NCBI GenBank assembly: GCA_963663805.2
Contig: CAXXMR010000027.1
Span: 64,001-128,000, forward strand
Direction: 5' to 3'
Source: Sedimentisphaerales bacterium
Lineage (GTDB): Bacteria > Planctomycetota > Phycisphaerae > Sedimentisphaerales > SM23-30
Length of the DNA: 64,000 bases
Part shown: piece after piece, positions 10,194-19,489 of the stretch
How the letters are laid out: the number at the start of each line of letters is the position of its first letter
Position numbering within the stretch: the stretch's first letter is position 1
Notes under the pieces: generated by a model
What the model was told of the DNA's origin: nothing
What the model saw: only the letters and a program-made list of their open reading frames with translations
Databases searched by the model: none
Position numbers and translations under genes: made by a program

Positions 10194-11399
10194 ATGGTAA
10201 AGATTCTTAGAGCCTTACTACCTTTTTTATTCAGTATGAGTTGCCTGGCCGCAGATGAGATTGTGGTCTGTGAGTATGCTCCGATAAAATTCAAACCTGG
10301 CATGTTTGATGTCAGTCAGGGGGATACTCTGGGATTGAAGGAGGCCGATGGTAGTGAGACGATAACGGTTTTTCGACCGGAGCGGGAAACCGATATGCGT
10401 TTCAATAATCATCCGCAGTTGATAGTTTTCAAAGAAAAACTTTACGCAACCTGGGTCGGCCATCCGGTTCACGAGGTAAGTGATAAGGCGTATGTTTTTT
10501 ATAGTTGCAGTGTTGATGGACACAAGTGGACTGAGCCGGTTCGAGTTGGACCGGAATTACGGGCCAGTGGCGGTTGGTTAAGTGATGGTAATCATCTTTC
10601 ATGTTTGCTGATAAAGGCTGACAAGGAACTTAAAGGTGAACATAAGGTTGAGTCGCCAGATACGGAATATTGCCTGAGTCGGGATGGTTTGATCTGGTCA
10701 GAGGCCCAGGTTTTGATAGATAACGCGATGCCCAGCGAAAGCGCCCGCCGAACTTCTACGGGCCGATATATAATGACTTGTCATGGCTTGGGTAAGGGTG
10801 ACTACTCAGATGTACGGGTGACTCGAGTGATGTACACAGATGACCCCGCAGGTCTTACCGGTTGGCAGGAAGGCCAATTGCCGCGTTTGCTTCCTGTGAA
10901 TATCTCCGATAGTAAAAAAGTCGCTCGGGCGGTTGAATCGAGTTGGTATGAAAGGCGTGATGGTTCACTGGTAATGTTGTTTCGCAGTCTGGATTTTAAT
11001 GCCAAAACACGTCCGTGGCGGGTTCTGGCGGCAGAAAGTTTTGATAACGGTACGACCTGGAGCAAGCCGGTCCTGACAGATATGGTTGACTCTGATTCGA
11101 TGCAGTGTGCAGGTTCTTTGCCGGACGGAACAGTATATATGATAAATAATCCAGTTGAAGGACGCCGGCGGGTTCCGCTGGCAATTACGGTCAGTGATGA
11201 CGGAAAATACTTTGACCGCTCGTATCTGGTGCGGGGGACACCACAGGAAAGACGCTACGAGGGTATAAGCAAAACCCTGGGATACAGCTATCCGGGGCGA
11301 GCCGTCTGGAAAGATTATATCTGGATATCATACGCGACCAATAAAGAAGATATCGAAATTACCCGCATTCCTCTGAAGTCTTTGAAGAAAGTGCAGTAG
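10194..11399 (+). CDS. secreted BNR/Asp-box beta-propeller (sialidase-like) protein
   Basis: Signal peptide; Asp-boxes SVDGHKW, SRDGLIW, SFDNGTTW, SDDGKYF; C-terminal GYSYP. Confidence 0.85.
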   Translation: MVKILRALLPFLFSMSCLAADEIVVCEYAPIKFKPGMFDVSQGDTLGLKEADGSETITVFRPERETDMRFNNHPQLIVFKEKLYATWVGHPVHEVSDKAYVFYSCSVDGHKWTEPVRVGPELRASGGWLSDGNHLSCLLIKADKELKGEHKVESPDTEYCLSRDGLIWSEAQVLIDNAMPSESARRTSTGRYIMTCHGLGKGDYSDVRVTRVMYTDDPAGLTGWQEGQLPRLLPVNISDSKKVARAVESSWYERRDGSLVMLFRSLDFNAKTRPWRVLAAESFDNGTTWSKPVLTDMVDSDSMQCAGSLPDGTVYMINNPVEGRRRVPLAITVSDDGKYFDRSYLVRGTPQERRYEGISKTLGYSYPGRAVWKDYIWISYATNKEDIEITRIPLKSLKKVQ

Positions 11400-11402
11400 C
11401 AG

Positions 11403-13931
11403 ATGAAGTATACTTTAATGGTCGGTATCACGTTTTTGTTATTTTTACCCGGTAGGGCCCACGGCTGGCATGATTGGGATAATGGTGGGCCGGGCCATTA
11501 CTGGAATACGCCGGGCAACTGGCAGGATGATGTGCTGCCTGGTAGCGATGATAATCCCCGTATTGATATGGACGGCTCGATGGGAGCTATAATCAACTCA
11601 AGTATGACTAGCCTGCCGGTTTATGCGACAGTTGCTATAGGTTGTGAAGGCTCCGGCAGGGTATCGATTAGCGGCGGGATTTTGCATTCCGCGAATTTAA
11701 TTATGGGCGGAGATATTGGTTCATCGGCGATATGTGAATTGTTCGCGGGCGTGGTCGCGGTAGATAATGATTTTACTCTGGCTGACAATGGTACCGCATT
11801 TTTTGATATGACCGGCGGGAGTTTGTCCGGCAATAATGTTTACATTGGCAGTGGTGTTGGCTCGGAAGGGACATTCAAAGTCAATTATGATGCCGTGGTT
11901 ACTTTTAGCAATTCTGCCGTTTTAGGTGTCTCTGGCAGCGGCATTTTGGAAATTAGCAATGGCCAGATGGTCATTGGGCAGAGTCTAATCCTGGCCCAGA
12001 ATTCCGGTTCCGTGGGCAGGGTTGAACTCCGAGGCGGAACTTTACGGGCGGCAAATCTGATATGGGGCGACGGTGAGGGCACAATCGATATAAGCGGAGG
12101 GACGTTGATTCTGGATGGTCAAATAAGCGAACTGCCCGATACAGTTATCGCTTACGGGGGCAATGAACAATGGTATTTGGCCTTGGATTACGATTCAGTT
12201 GAGGATGTGACGCGAATCAGTGTTGCAATGGTACCGCCGATTTTCGTCTGGGAGGATATTTTTGACTATAACCAGGGCGATTCTCTGGGGCTTATGCCGG
12301 CATATCAAACGGAAACTGTCACAGTTTTTCAGCCGGTTGCAGATGAAGATATGAAGTTTAACAATCATCCTCAACTGGCGGTTTTTCAAGGGCGGCTTTA
12401 TATTACCTGGACCGGGCATCCTCAAGATGAGCTATCTGATGAATCGTGGGTATTCTACAGTATCAGTTCGGATGGTATTAGTTGGTCTGAACCACAGATA
12501 TTAGGCCCGGATATTCGAGCCAGTAGCGGTTGGCATAGCGACAATGTGCAATTAGTCAATTATATGGCCAGGCTACTCAATACTCAGGCTTATGTATCTC
12601 TGGATGGAAAAAACTGGACTGATTACGGTTTCATATTGAATAATGCCGCACCCAGTGAAAGCGACCGTGCCCTGCCCGAAGGACGTCTGATTATGCCCTG
12701 TCACGGCTACGGCAGTGGTTTATTTGAGGATGTGAAAGTCACCCGTATTATGTATACGGACACTCCGAACGGTCTTAGCGGCTGGCAGGAAGCGATTTTA
12801 CCCCAATTGCCGGAAATAAATATTTCCGATAACAAGAAAGTCGCCCGTGCGGTTGAGCCGAGTTGGTTTATACGTCCGAACGGTGAGTTGGTGATGGTTT
12901 TTCGCGACCTCAATTTTAACGCGGCCTTGCGTAACTGGAAACTGCTGGCCTCTGTAAGTTCAGACCGTGGCCAAAACTGGACGCTCCCGGTCTTAACAAA
13001 TATGCCCGATTCCGACTCGATGCAGTGCGCGGGCAATCTTCCCGACGGCTGGTCTTATCTGGTGAATAATCCTATCGCTACCCGCAGGCGGGTACCTTTG
13101 GCAATTACTATAAGCAGGGACGGCAAAACGTTTGATAGTTCTTATCTGCTGCGCGGTACACCGCCGGCAATCGTGTTTGAAGGGGGTGATAAAACTCTGG
13201 GCTATTCGTATCCCGGAAGCGTTATCTGGGGTGATTACCTTTATATTGCCTATGCGACTAACAAGGAAAATATTGATGTGACGCGCGTGCCCTGGCGGAG
13301 TTTGGTTTCACAATATACGATAATAGAAAACTTTGATGGTTATCCAACTCGCGCCGAACTGACGGAATACTGGCAGGGACAGGGAAATGCTGATTTGCAA
13401 ATAAGCAAATTTCCTGAGCCGGGCCATGCTTTTAATTCTTTGAACCTTGGATATGAAAATAATCTGGCCCCCTATTACAGTTCGGCGTGTAAGATTTTTG
13501 CTGAGCCTCAGAATTTGAGTTCAGATGGAATTCACGCGCTGGATATTTCGTTGAAAGGTGACGCGGCGAACCCGCCGGCAGTAATTTATGTTGAGCTTAG
13601 TGACGGGGATAATGTTGCCCAGTTGGTTTTACGCAATGAATATGGGGCGATAGATTATGACGCGGTACGTGCTGACGATTGGTTTACCTGGCATATTGAC
13701 TTACAAAATTTTTCGAGGGTAAATCTGGAACATGTTGTGACTCTGGCGGTCGGTTGTGGTTATGCCGGTTATAGCGGTGGGGGAAATTTGTATATTGATG
13801 ATGTCAGGCTTTATCCGGGCAGATGCTTTGGCGGTTACCCGGACAATGACCTTAACGGTGATTGTATTGTTGATATGGAAGATTTTATGCTTTTTGTGGC
13901 AAATTGGGCAAAAACCGGGTTTTTCCCCTAA
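11403..13931 (+). CDS. secreted multidomain protein: beta-helix-like region, BNR/sialidase-like domain, CBM-like jelly roll, dockerin-like tag
   Basis: Middle domain is paralogous to 10194..11399; C-terminal module is paralogous to that of 14072..15754; ends DLNGDCIVDMEDFMLFVANW. Confidence 0.82.
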   Translation: MKYTLMVGITFLLFLPGRAHGWHDWDNGGPGHYWNTPGNWQDDVLPGSDDNPRIDMDGSMGAIINSSMTSLPVYATVAIGCEGSGRVSISGGILHSANLIMGGDIGSSAICELFAGVVAVDNDFTLADNGTAFFDMTGGSLSGNNVYIGSGVGSEGTFKVNYDAVVTFSNSAVLGVSGSGILEISNGQMVIGQSLILAQNSGSVGRVELRGGTLRAANLIWGDGEGTIDISGGTLILDGQISELPDTVIAYGGNEQWYLALDYDSVEDVTRISVAMVPPIFVWEDIFDYNQGDSLGLMPAYQTETVTVFQPVADEDMKFNNHPQLAVFQGRLYITWTGHPQDELSDESWVFYSISSDGISWSEPQILGPDIRASSGWHSDNVQLVNYMARLLNTQAYVSLDGKNWTDYGFILNNAAPSESDRALPEGRLIMPCHGYGSGLFEDVKVTRIMYTDTPNGLSGWQEAILPQLPEINISDNKKVARAVEPSWFIRPNGELVMVFRDLNFNAALRNWKLLASVSSDRGQNWTLPVLTNMPDSDSMQCAGNLPDGWSYLVNNPIATRRRVPLAITISRDGKTFDSSYLLRGTPPAIVFEGGDKTLGYSYPGSVIWGDYLYIAYATNKENIDVTRVPWRSLVSQYTIIENFDGYPTRAELTEYWQGQGNADLQISKFPEPGHAFNSLNLGYENNLAPYYSSACKIFAEPQNLSSDGIHALDISLKGDAANPPAVIYVELSDGDNVAQLVLRNEYGAIDYDAVRADDWFTWHIDLQNFSRVNLEHVVTLAVGCGYAGYSGGGNLYIDDVRLYPGRCFGGYPDNDLNGDCIVDMEDFMLFVANWAKTGFFP

Positions 13932-13946
13932 AAAAGTACTGTCGGC

Positions 13947-14010
13947 TTGCATGAAAACACAAACTATTTGCGCATATTGGCATAGTGTCTCGGTCGATAA
14001 ATGGTAATAA
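13947..14010 (+). promoter_or_regulatory. candidate XylR/AraC-activated promoter, copy 3
   Basis: TTGCATGAAAACACA at 13947, TTGCGCATATTGGCA 21 bp later, TGgTAATAA. Confidence 0.55.
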
Positions 14011-14071
14011 TAAGCGTAGTTGAGTCTGGTGTTGGTAAAGAATCTGGAGCAAAAAAGATCAGGAGGTTTTA

Positions 14072-15754
14072 ATGATGAAAAACAAAATCGCGTATGTATC
14101 ACTTTTAGTTATGTTTGTAGCCTTGGTTTCGGTATCGCCAGCAGCAGTAACGGCACCGACCGGAGGCGGAAAACTTGCTTTGGGATTTGACGGAACTGAT
14201 GTGGTTCTGGGCAGCGGGACAAAAGTTACGACCTGGACCGATCAGGTTTCAGATTATGACGCCGCGGCGGTGTTGTTCGCCCAGCAGCCCACGCTGGTGG
14301 ATTTAGATACCGGCAACGGTGTACACCCGGTGGTGGATTTTGATGGGTCAATGAATTACATGGAAACTGCGGCTTTCAGCTCGGTTTTCAATCAAGCCAA
14401 CGTGATTTTTATGGTGGCAGCCTGGGATGTCCTGCCGGTCAGTCTTTATATGTTCGACAGTATCGACGGCGCTAACCGTAACGCATTATACAGTCGTTCG
14501 GACAGTTCTTTCGGCATGTTCGCAGGCTCACAGATTATCAACGGTAATGTTCAGGCGGTGACCAATACTTTCCAGGTTTATACAGCAGTCTTCAATGGGG
14601 CCAACAGTCTGTTGCGTATCGACGGTGCCTCTGTTCTGGGCGGTAATACGGGAACCCTGGGGCTTTCTGGTCTGACAATCGGTGCTGACCGTAACGGTAA
14701 TCAGGTATTCAATGGCAAAATCGCGGAGGTTCTGGTTTATGACGGAGGCTTGAATACCGAACAGATTTTAGCTATTGAAACATATCTTAGAGAAAAATAT
14801 ATCGTCACTCCCGACCCCGATATCGCCACCAACCCCAATCCGGCTAATTCCGAATCTGGTATCCCTCTGGATGTTGTATTGAGCTGGACTGCTAGTCCTT
14901 CCGCTCAGCCGGTTGACGGTCAGGATGTATATTTTGGCGAAGTCAAACAGGATGTTATTGATGCTGACCGTGCCAATCCTTTAGGGGTGTATCAGGGTGC
15001 CCAGGACGGCAATACATTTGACCCGACCGGCCCGTTGGAACTGGGTAAGACTTATTACTGGCGGGTGGACCAGGTAAATGGCACGACAATCTGGGCCGGC
15101 GAAGTCTGGGGCTTTACGGTTGCTTCTTATGTTCTGGTCGATAATTTTGAGGATTATGCTGATACCACAGCTCTATTGGGTGAATGGTCGGAAAACGGCC
15201 AGGCGTGGCTGGCTTTGGCAACCGATTCGGCGCTAGTGCTAGGCGAAAAATCTATGGAACTGCACTACGGCAATTCGAGCAGTCCCTATTATTCCGCGGC
15301 GACTCGAAATTTCGACCCGGCTCAGGACTGGACTATCTCCGAAGTTGAGGCGATGGATGTCTGGTTCAAAGGGCAAAACGCTAATTCCGCCGCTCCCGTT
15401 TATGTGGAAATTTCTGACGGAGTAAATACGGCCCGTCAATATCTGCTGGGGGATGATGAAATGACAGACCCAAATGCCACAAGAGATGAAGCCTGGTACC
15501 ACTGGCGAATCGATCTTGATAGGTTTACAAATGTGAGTTTGACAGCGGTTACCGAATTAACTTTCGGAGTTGGTGACGGAATTAACCCCGCTCAGGCCAC
15601 TACGGGTGACATTTATATCGAAGATTTCCGGCTTTATCCTACCCGTTGTCTGATGGGTAATCCAGACTATGATTTCAATGGCGACTGCACTGTCGGTCTG
15701 GAAGATTTCGCTATCTTTGCGACGGGATGGCTCGAAACCGGTTTGTGGCCTTAA
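14072..15754 (+). CDS. secreted LamG/concanavalin-like, FN3-like and CBM-like protein with dockerin-like tag
   Basis: FNGKIAEVLVYD..YL..KY LamG-like end; LSW..YYWRVD FN3-like; DFNGDCTVGLEDFAIFATGWL; AGGAGG RBS. Confidence 0.8.
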   Translation: MMKNKIAYVSLLVMFVALVSVSPAAVTAPTGGGKLALGFDGTDVVLGSGTKVTTWTDQVSDYDAAAVLFAQQPTLVDLDTGNGVHPVVDFDGSMNYMETAAFSSVFNQANVIFMVAAWDVLPVSLYMFDSIDGANRNALYSRSDSSFGMFAGSQIINGNVQAVTNTFQVYTAVFNGANSLLRIDGASVLGGNTGTLGLSGLTIGADRNGNQVFNGKIAEVLVYDGGLNTEQILAIETYLREKYIVTPDPDIATNPNPANSESGIPLDVVLSWTASPSAQPVDGQDVYFGEVKQDVIDADRANPLGVYQGAQDGNTFDPTGPLELGKTYYWRVDQVNGTTIWAGEVWGFTVASYVLVDNFEDYADTTALLGEWSENGQAWLALATDSALVLGEKSMELHYGNSSSPYYSAATRNFDPAQDWTISEVEAMDVWFKGQNANSAAPVYVEISDGVNTARQYLLGDDEMTDPNATRDEAWYHWRIDLDRFTNVSLTAVTELTFGVGDGINPAQATTGDIYIEDFRLYPTRCLMGNPDYDFNGDCTVGLEDFAIFATGWLETGLWP

Positions 15755-15808
15755 AATAAATTGTGTGTAGTAAATGGTGTTCTTTTTGATTCTGTTAAGG
15801 AGGAAAGT

Positions 15809-16612
15809 ATGTGTAAGTTAAGAATGACAGTTTTGGTTTTCGCTGGTTCATTAATGTTGATTGTTCCATTAACCGCGGCGATTACCGCACCAGACGCTGG
15901 CGGAAAACTGGTTATCGGTTATGACGGCACCGATGTAACCGTCAGTGCCGGGACGACACTGGTGGAATCGTGGAATGACCAGGTCGCTTTACGCAGTGTT
16001 GATAACGCGGTATCAGCCGGAGACCGTCGACCGGAGCTTGTCCAGATGGATACCGGTAATGGGCTGCATAATGTTATTGATTTCTCCGGTACCAATTACC
16101 TCAAAACCGCTGATTTTGCCGAAGGCGATATGGCTCAGACCAACACCATCTTTGTAGTCGCTCAGTGGGATTCACTCAGCTCGGATTATTTGTTTGACGG
16201 TATCAGTTCTTCGGAACGTCATGCCCTCTATACTCGTTCGGATAATTCCTACGGTATGTTCGCTGGTGCTCAAATCATTAACGGTAATGTGCCAGCAGTG
16301 ACGGGGCAATTCCAGGTTTTTGCCGCCAGCTTTAACGGCAGCAGCGGATGGTTTCGCGTTGATGGAACCACAATTTTAAGCGGAAATATTGGTAGTCATG
16401 TGCTGGGGGGACTGTCAATTGGCTCAAATTATGGAGCCAGCGGAATGATGGACGGAAAAGTCGCAGAAGTGCTCGTTTATGACGGCGGACTAAATACTGC
16501 TCAATTGCTCAGTGTTGAAGAATATCTTGCTAATAAATATCTGGTGCCCGAACCGACAACCATGATTCTTTTGGCTATAGGCGGCCTGGGTATTTTAAGA
16601 CGTAAAAGATAG
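15809..16612 (+). CDS. PEP-CTERM sorting-domain protein with LamG-like domain
   Basis: VPEPTTMILLAIGGLGILRRKR; domain paralogous to the N-terminus of 14072..15754; AAGGAGG before ATG 15809. Confidence 0.9.
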   Translation: MCKLRMTVLVFAGSLMLIVPLTAAITAPDAGGKLVIGYDGTDVTVSAGTTLVESWNDQVALRSVDNAVSAGDRRPELVQMDTGNGLHNVIDFSGTNYLKTADFAEGDMAQTNTIFVVAQWDSLSSDYLFDGISSSERHALYTRSDNSYGMFAGAQIINGNVPAVTGQFQVFAASFNGSSGWFRVDGTTILSGNIGSHVLGGLSIGSNYGASGMMDGKVAEVLVYDGGLNTAQLLSVEEYLANKYLVPEPTTMILLAIGGLGILRRKR

Positions 16613-16620
16613 TAATTACT

Positions 16621-16658
16621 GCGCCTTCGGGGTTTTGATGGTAAAGCCCCGAAGGTGC
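16621..16658 (+). terminator. intergenic stem-loop (terminator or mRNA stabiliser)
   Basis: GCGCCTTCGGGGTTTT...AAAGCCCCGAAGGTGC with no U-tract. Confidence 0.55.
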
Positions 16659-16682
16659 TAATAATGAATTAGGAATAAACTT

Positions 16683-17465
16683 ATGGCCTACAAACGTGGT
16701 TTTACGCTGGTTGAACTTTTAGTGGTAATAGCTATTATAGCTCTGCTTGTTTCAATTCTTTTGCCGGCTATTGGCTCAGCGCGAGAACAAGCCTATACAG
16801 TTCTCTGTCTGTCGAATCTGCGGCAGTGGGGGCTGGTGGTTTCCATGTTTACTGGTGACAATAACGATTTTTTCAATGAAACTCGTCTGGGCCATGCCAA
16901 GGAAACCTGGATATGGACTATGCGGGATTACTACATGGACCAGGATGATATTCGATTCTGCCCCAAGGCCCAGATGCCATTGACACAGGGAGGCCCTATC
17001 GAAAAACTTGCCTGGGGGCCCTATGATATCGACAACAACTCTGCCACGCCAGGAGATAGCGGTAGTTATGGCCTTAATGCCTGGAGCTATGATTTGCCCC
17101 AGGATCAATCAAATGCCTGGTATCCAGCCGAAAATTACTGGCGAACAATTAATGTCGCTAATACCGAAAATATACCACTATTTGCCGACTGCTGGTGGCG
17201 GGAAGGGAATCCTCGTATGGGTAGCCCTGCCCCTACCAAACAATGGCAGATGGAGGTTGCCCAGAATTATACCTTGGGTTTTGGGTATGAATGGGAAATG
17301 GCCCGTTTTTGTTTGGACCGCCATCGTGGAACGACATGTATGGTTTTTTATGACCTTACCGCGCGACAGATAGACCTCAAAAGACTTTGGGAACTTAAAT
17401 GGCATCGAAATTATGATACAACGGTAGCCCCTTCGGGCGGATGGCCCCAATGGATGGATAACTGA
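16683..17465 (+). CDS. prepilin-type N-terminal cleavage/methylation protein (DUF1559/H-X9-DG class)
   Basis: [55 protein letters not shown]. Confidence 0.9.
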   Translation: MAYKRGFTLVELLVVIAIIALLVSILLPAIGSAREQAYTVLCLSNLRQWGLVVSMFTGDNNDFFNETRLGHAKETWIWTMRDYYMDQDDIRFCPKAQMPLTQGGPIEKLAWGPYDIDNNSATPGDSGSYGLNAWSYDLPQDQSNAWYPAENYWRTINVANTENIPLFADCWWREGNPRMGSPAPTKQWQMEVAQNYTLGFGYEWEMARFCLDRHRGTTCMVFYDLTARQIDLKRLWELKWHRNYDTTVAPSGGWPQWMDN

Positions 17466-17532
17466 TATCCTTCTTTCACGCCCAGCATCAAAATCATTCC
17501 GATTCACTCTCAAATCGTTTTTTTATGAAATG

Positions 17533-17594
17533 TGTACTATATCACCTTCCTTGAACGATTATTCTCGAAAAAGTACTATATAGTATAGTTTGTA
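17533..17594 (+). repeat. 62-bp dispersed repeat, copy A, followed by phased A-tracts
   Basis: 53 of 63 aligned columns identical to 23088..23150 (manual alignment); contains the palindrome TACTATATAGTA. Confidence 0.85.
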
Positions 17595-17965
17595 GTCTCA
17601 AAAAATCGAAAAAAACGTCTTTTTTTCTCCAAAAACTCAAAAAAAGCCCCCAAAAAAGTCAAAAAATCCTTAACCAGACACCATAATCCAAACTTATACC
17701 GAAAAACTACCAGAAGTGCGCAAAAAAAAGCACCCGGAAAAGACTTTCGTGCCTGACTCCCTCTCCCAGCCTCTCTCTCTCTAGAACCGGGCAGCACGCT
17801 TAGCATCTCTCTCCCAAGTGCTGTAGTAAATATAGCCCAGGCCTTACTGCTTGTCAAATGAATTTTTACGTTTTGGACAATTATCTGGACCTTAACGCTC
17901 CCCAGCTTTATCATATTTATGCACCAGGATGGACCTGCGTGTAACATTAAACTGGAACCATAGTT

Positions 17966-18466
17966 ATGACGCCCAATAAATTTGTCAGAGCCGTTTTTCC
18001 CGGCTCTTTTGACCCGATAACCAACGGCCATATTGACGTTATTCAGCGGGGACGCAAAATTTTTGATGAATTAATTATCGCTGTCGGCGACCATCCCACC
18101 AAAAATCCGTTGTTCACCGGCACCGAGCGAGTCGAGATGATTGGCGAGCTTATCACCGACTGGCCCGATGTATCTGTCGAAAGATTTACCTGCCTAACTG
18201 TTGACTACGTAAAGAGTAAGAACGCCGACGTTATCCTCCGCGGCCTGCGAAATCTCACCGATGTTCAATATGAATTCGAGCTGGCCCTGACCAACCGGGC
18301 CGTCGCCGGCATCGAAACCGTATTCATTATGACCGGCGAAAAGCACGGATTCACCACCTCAACTCTCATCAGAGAGATCGGCAGGTACGGCGGAGATGTC
18401 TCAACTTTAATTCCCACACCGGTTTACGAGCGGCTCACCAAAAAACTCCAGGCCGGGAACAAATAA
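17966..18466 (+). CDS. coaD: pantetheine-phosphate adenylyltransferase
   Basis: FPGSFDPITNGHID, ILRGLR, YEFELALTNR, SSTLIRE-like motif. Confidence 0.96.
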   Translation: MTPNKFVRAVFPGSFDPITNGHIDVIQRGRKIFDELIIAVGDHPTKNPLFTGTERVEMIGELITDWPDVSVERFTCLTVDYVKSKNADVILRGLRNLTDVQYEFELALTNRAVAGIETVFIMTGEKHGFTTSTLIREIGRYGGDVSTLIPTPVYERLTKKLQAGNK

Positions 18467-18468
18467 AA

Positions 18469-18840
18469 ATGTTCTCCGTTACCGTAGAAACCAGTTTCCG
18501 GGCATCACACAGCTTGACCATGCCCGACGGCATAGAAGAGCCAACACACGAACATAATTGGAAAGTCCAGGCCACCGTCCAGACCGAAAAACTCGACCGG
18601 CACATGCTCGTTATGGACTTCCACCTGCTGGAAAACCTTCTAAATAAAGCAGTTACACCATTAACAAAAGTCGGCTCCATCAATAACGACCCCAGTTTCA
18701 TAAACCACAACCCCTCAGCAGAAGCTATCGCCGATTATATCCGCCGCCAAATTCAGAACACCCTACCCGAAAATGTTGAGCTGACCCAGGTAACCGTCTG
18801 GGAAACCACCACTTGCAGCGCTTCATGGCACAAGAGCTAA
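18469..18840 (+). CDS. 6-pyruvoyl-tetrahydropterin synthase/QueD family protein
   Basis: FRASHSL, HEHNWKV, MDF, NPSAEAIA, VWET; no Cys before the His pair. Confidence 0.85.
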   Translation: MFSVTVETSFRASHSLTMPDGIEEPTHEHNWKVQATVQTEKLDRHMLVMDFHLLENLLNKAVTPLTKVGSINNDPSFINHNPSAEAIADYIRRQIQNTLPENVELTQVTVWETTTCSASWHKS

Positions 18841-18897
18841 TCCCCATTTTACTGCTTTTTTTATACCAGCCTTTATTCGGCAAGTAACCACAAGCTA

Positions 18898-18926
18898 TTG
18901 ACGATATACGATTATGAGCCTATGAT
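18898..18926 (+). promoter_or_regulatory. sigma70-type promoter for mcsA-mcsB
   Basis: TTGACG-N17-TATGAT. Confidence 0.6.
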
Positions 18927-18997
18927 ATTGTTAGGAAAGCGTTTTACATTTGCCGGAAAATGAAACACAACCTGAATTTTAACAGGGATTTATATAA

Positions 18998-19483
18998 ATG
19001 CGGTGCCAGCTTTGTGATAACCCAGCCACGGTCCACCTTACCGAAATAATCAATGGCGAAAAGACCGAGCGGCACCTGTGCCAGCAGTGTGCCGAGATCG
19101 AAGGCATCGCTATTAAATCCCCGGAAATCCCTATCACCGAACTACTTAACGACCTTGTGGCTGCCAAGGAACGCACTGAGGAGTTGGTTGACCTTAAATG
19201 TCCCAGTTGCGGGCTGAGCTGGATAGAATTCAGAAAAAGGGGACTGCTCGGCTGCCCTGACGATTACGAAGCCTTCGCTGAACCGCTGGGCCAGTTAATC
19301 TGCCAGACTCAGAATGGCGCAACTTCCCACCGGGGCAGGATACCGCGAAAATCAGCCTCTGACAGCTCTAATCAGGTTAATATCATCAACTTACGCCGAC
19401 AGCTGCAGCAGGCCATCGAAACCGAAGACTACGAAACTGCCGCCCATATCCGCGACGAACTGCGCAAAGCCGCGACGGAATAA
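18998..19483 (+). CDS. mcsA: protein arginine kinase activator McsA (UvrB/UvrC motif)
   Basis: CQLC, CQQC, CPSC, GCPDDY, HRGRIP, EDYETAAHIRD. Confidence 0.93.
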   Translation: MRCQLCDNPATVHLTEIINGEKTERHLCQQCAEIEGIAIKSPEIPITELLNDLVAAKERTEELVDLKCPSCGLSWIEFRKRGLLGCPDDYEAFAEPLGQLICQTQNGATSHRGRIPRKSASDSSNQVNIINLRRQLQQAIETEDYETAAHIRDELRKAATE

Positions 19484-19489
19484 AACCAC

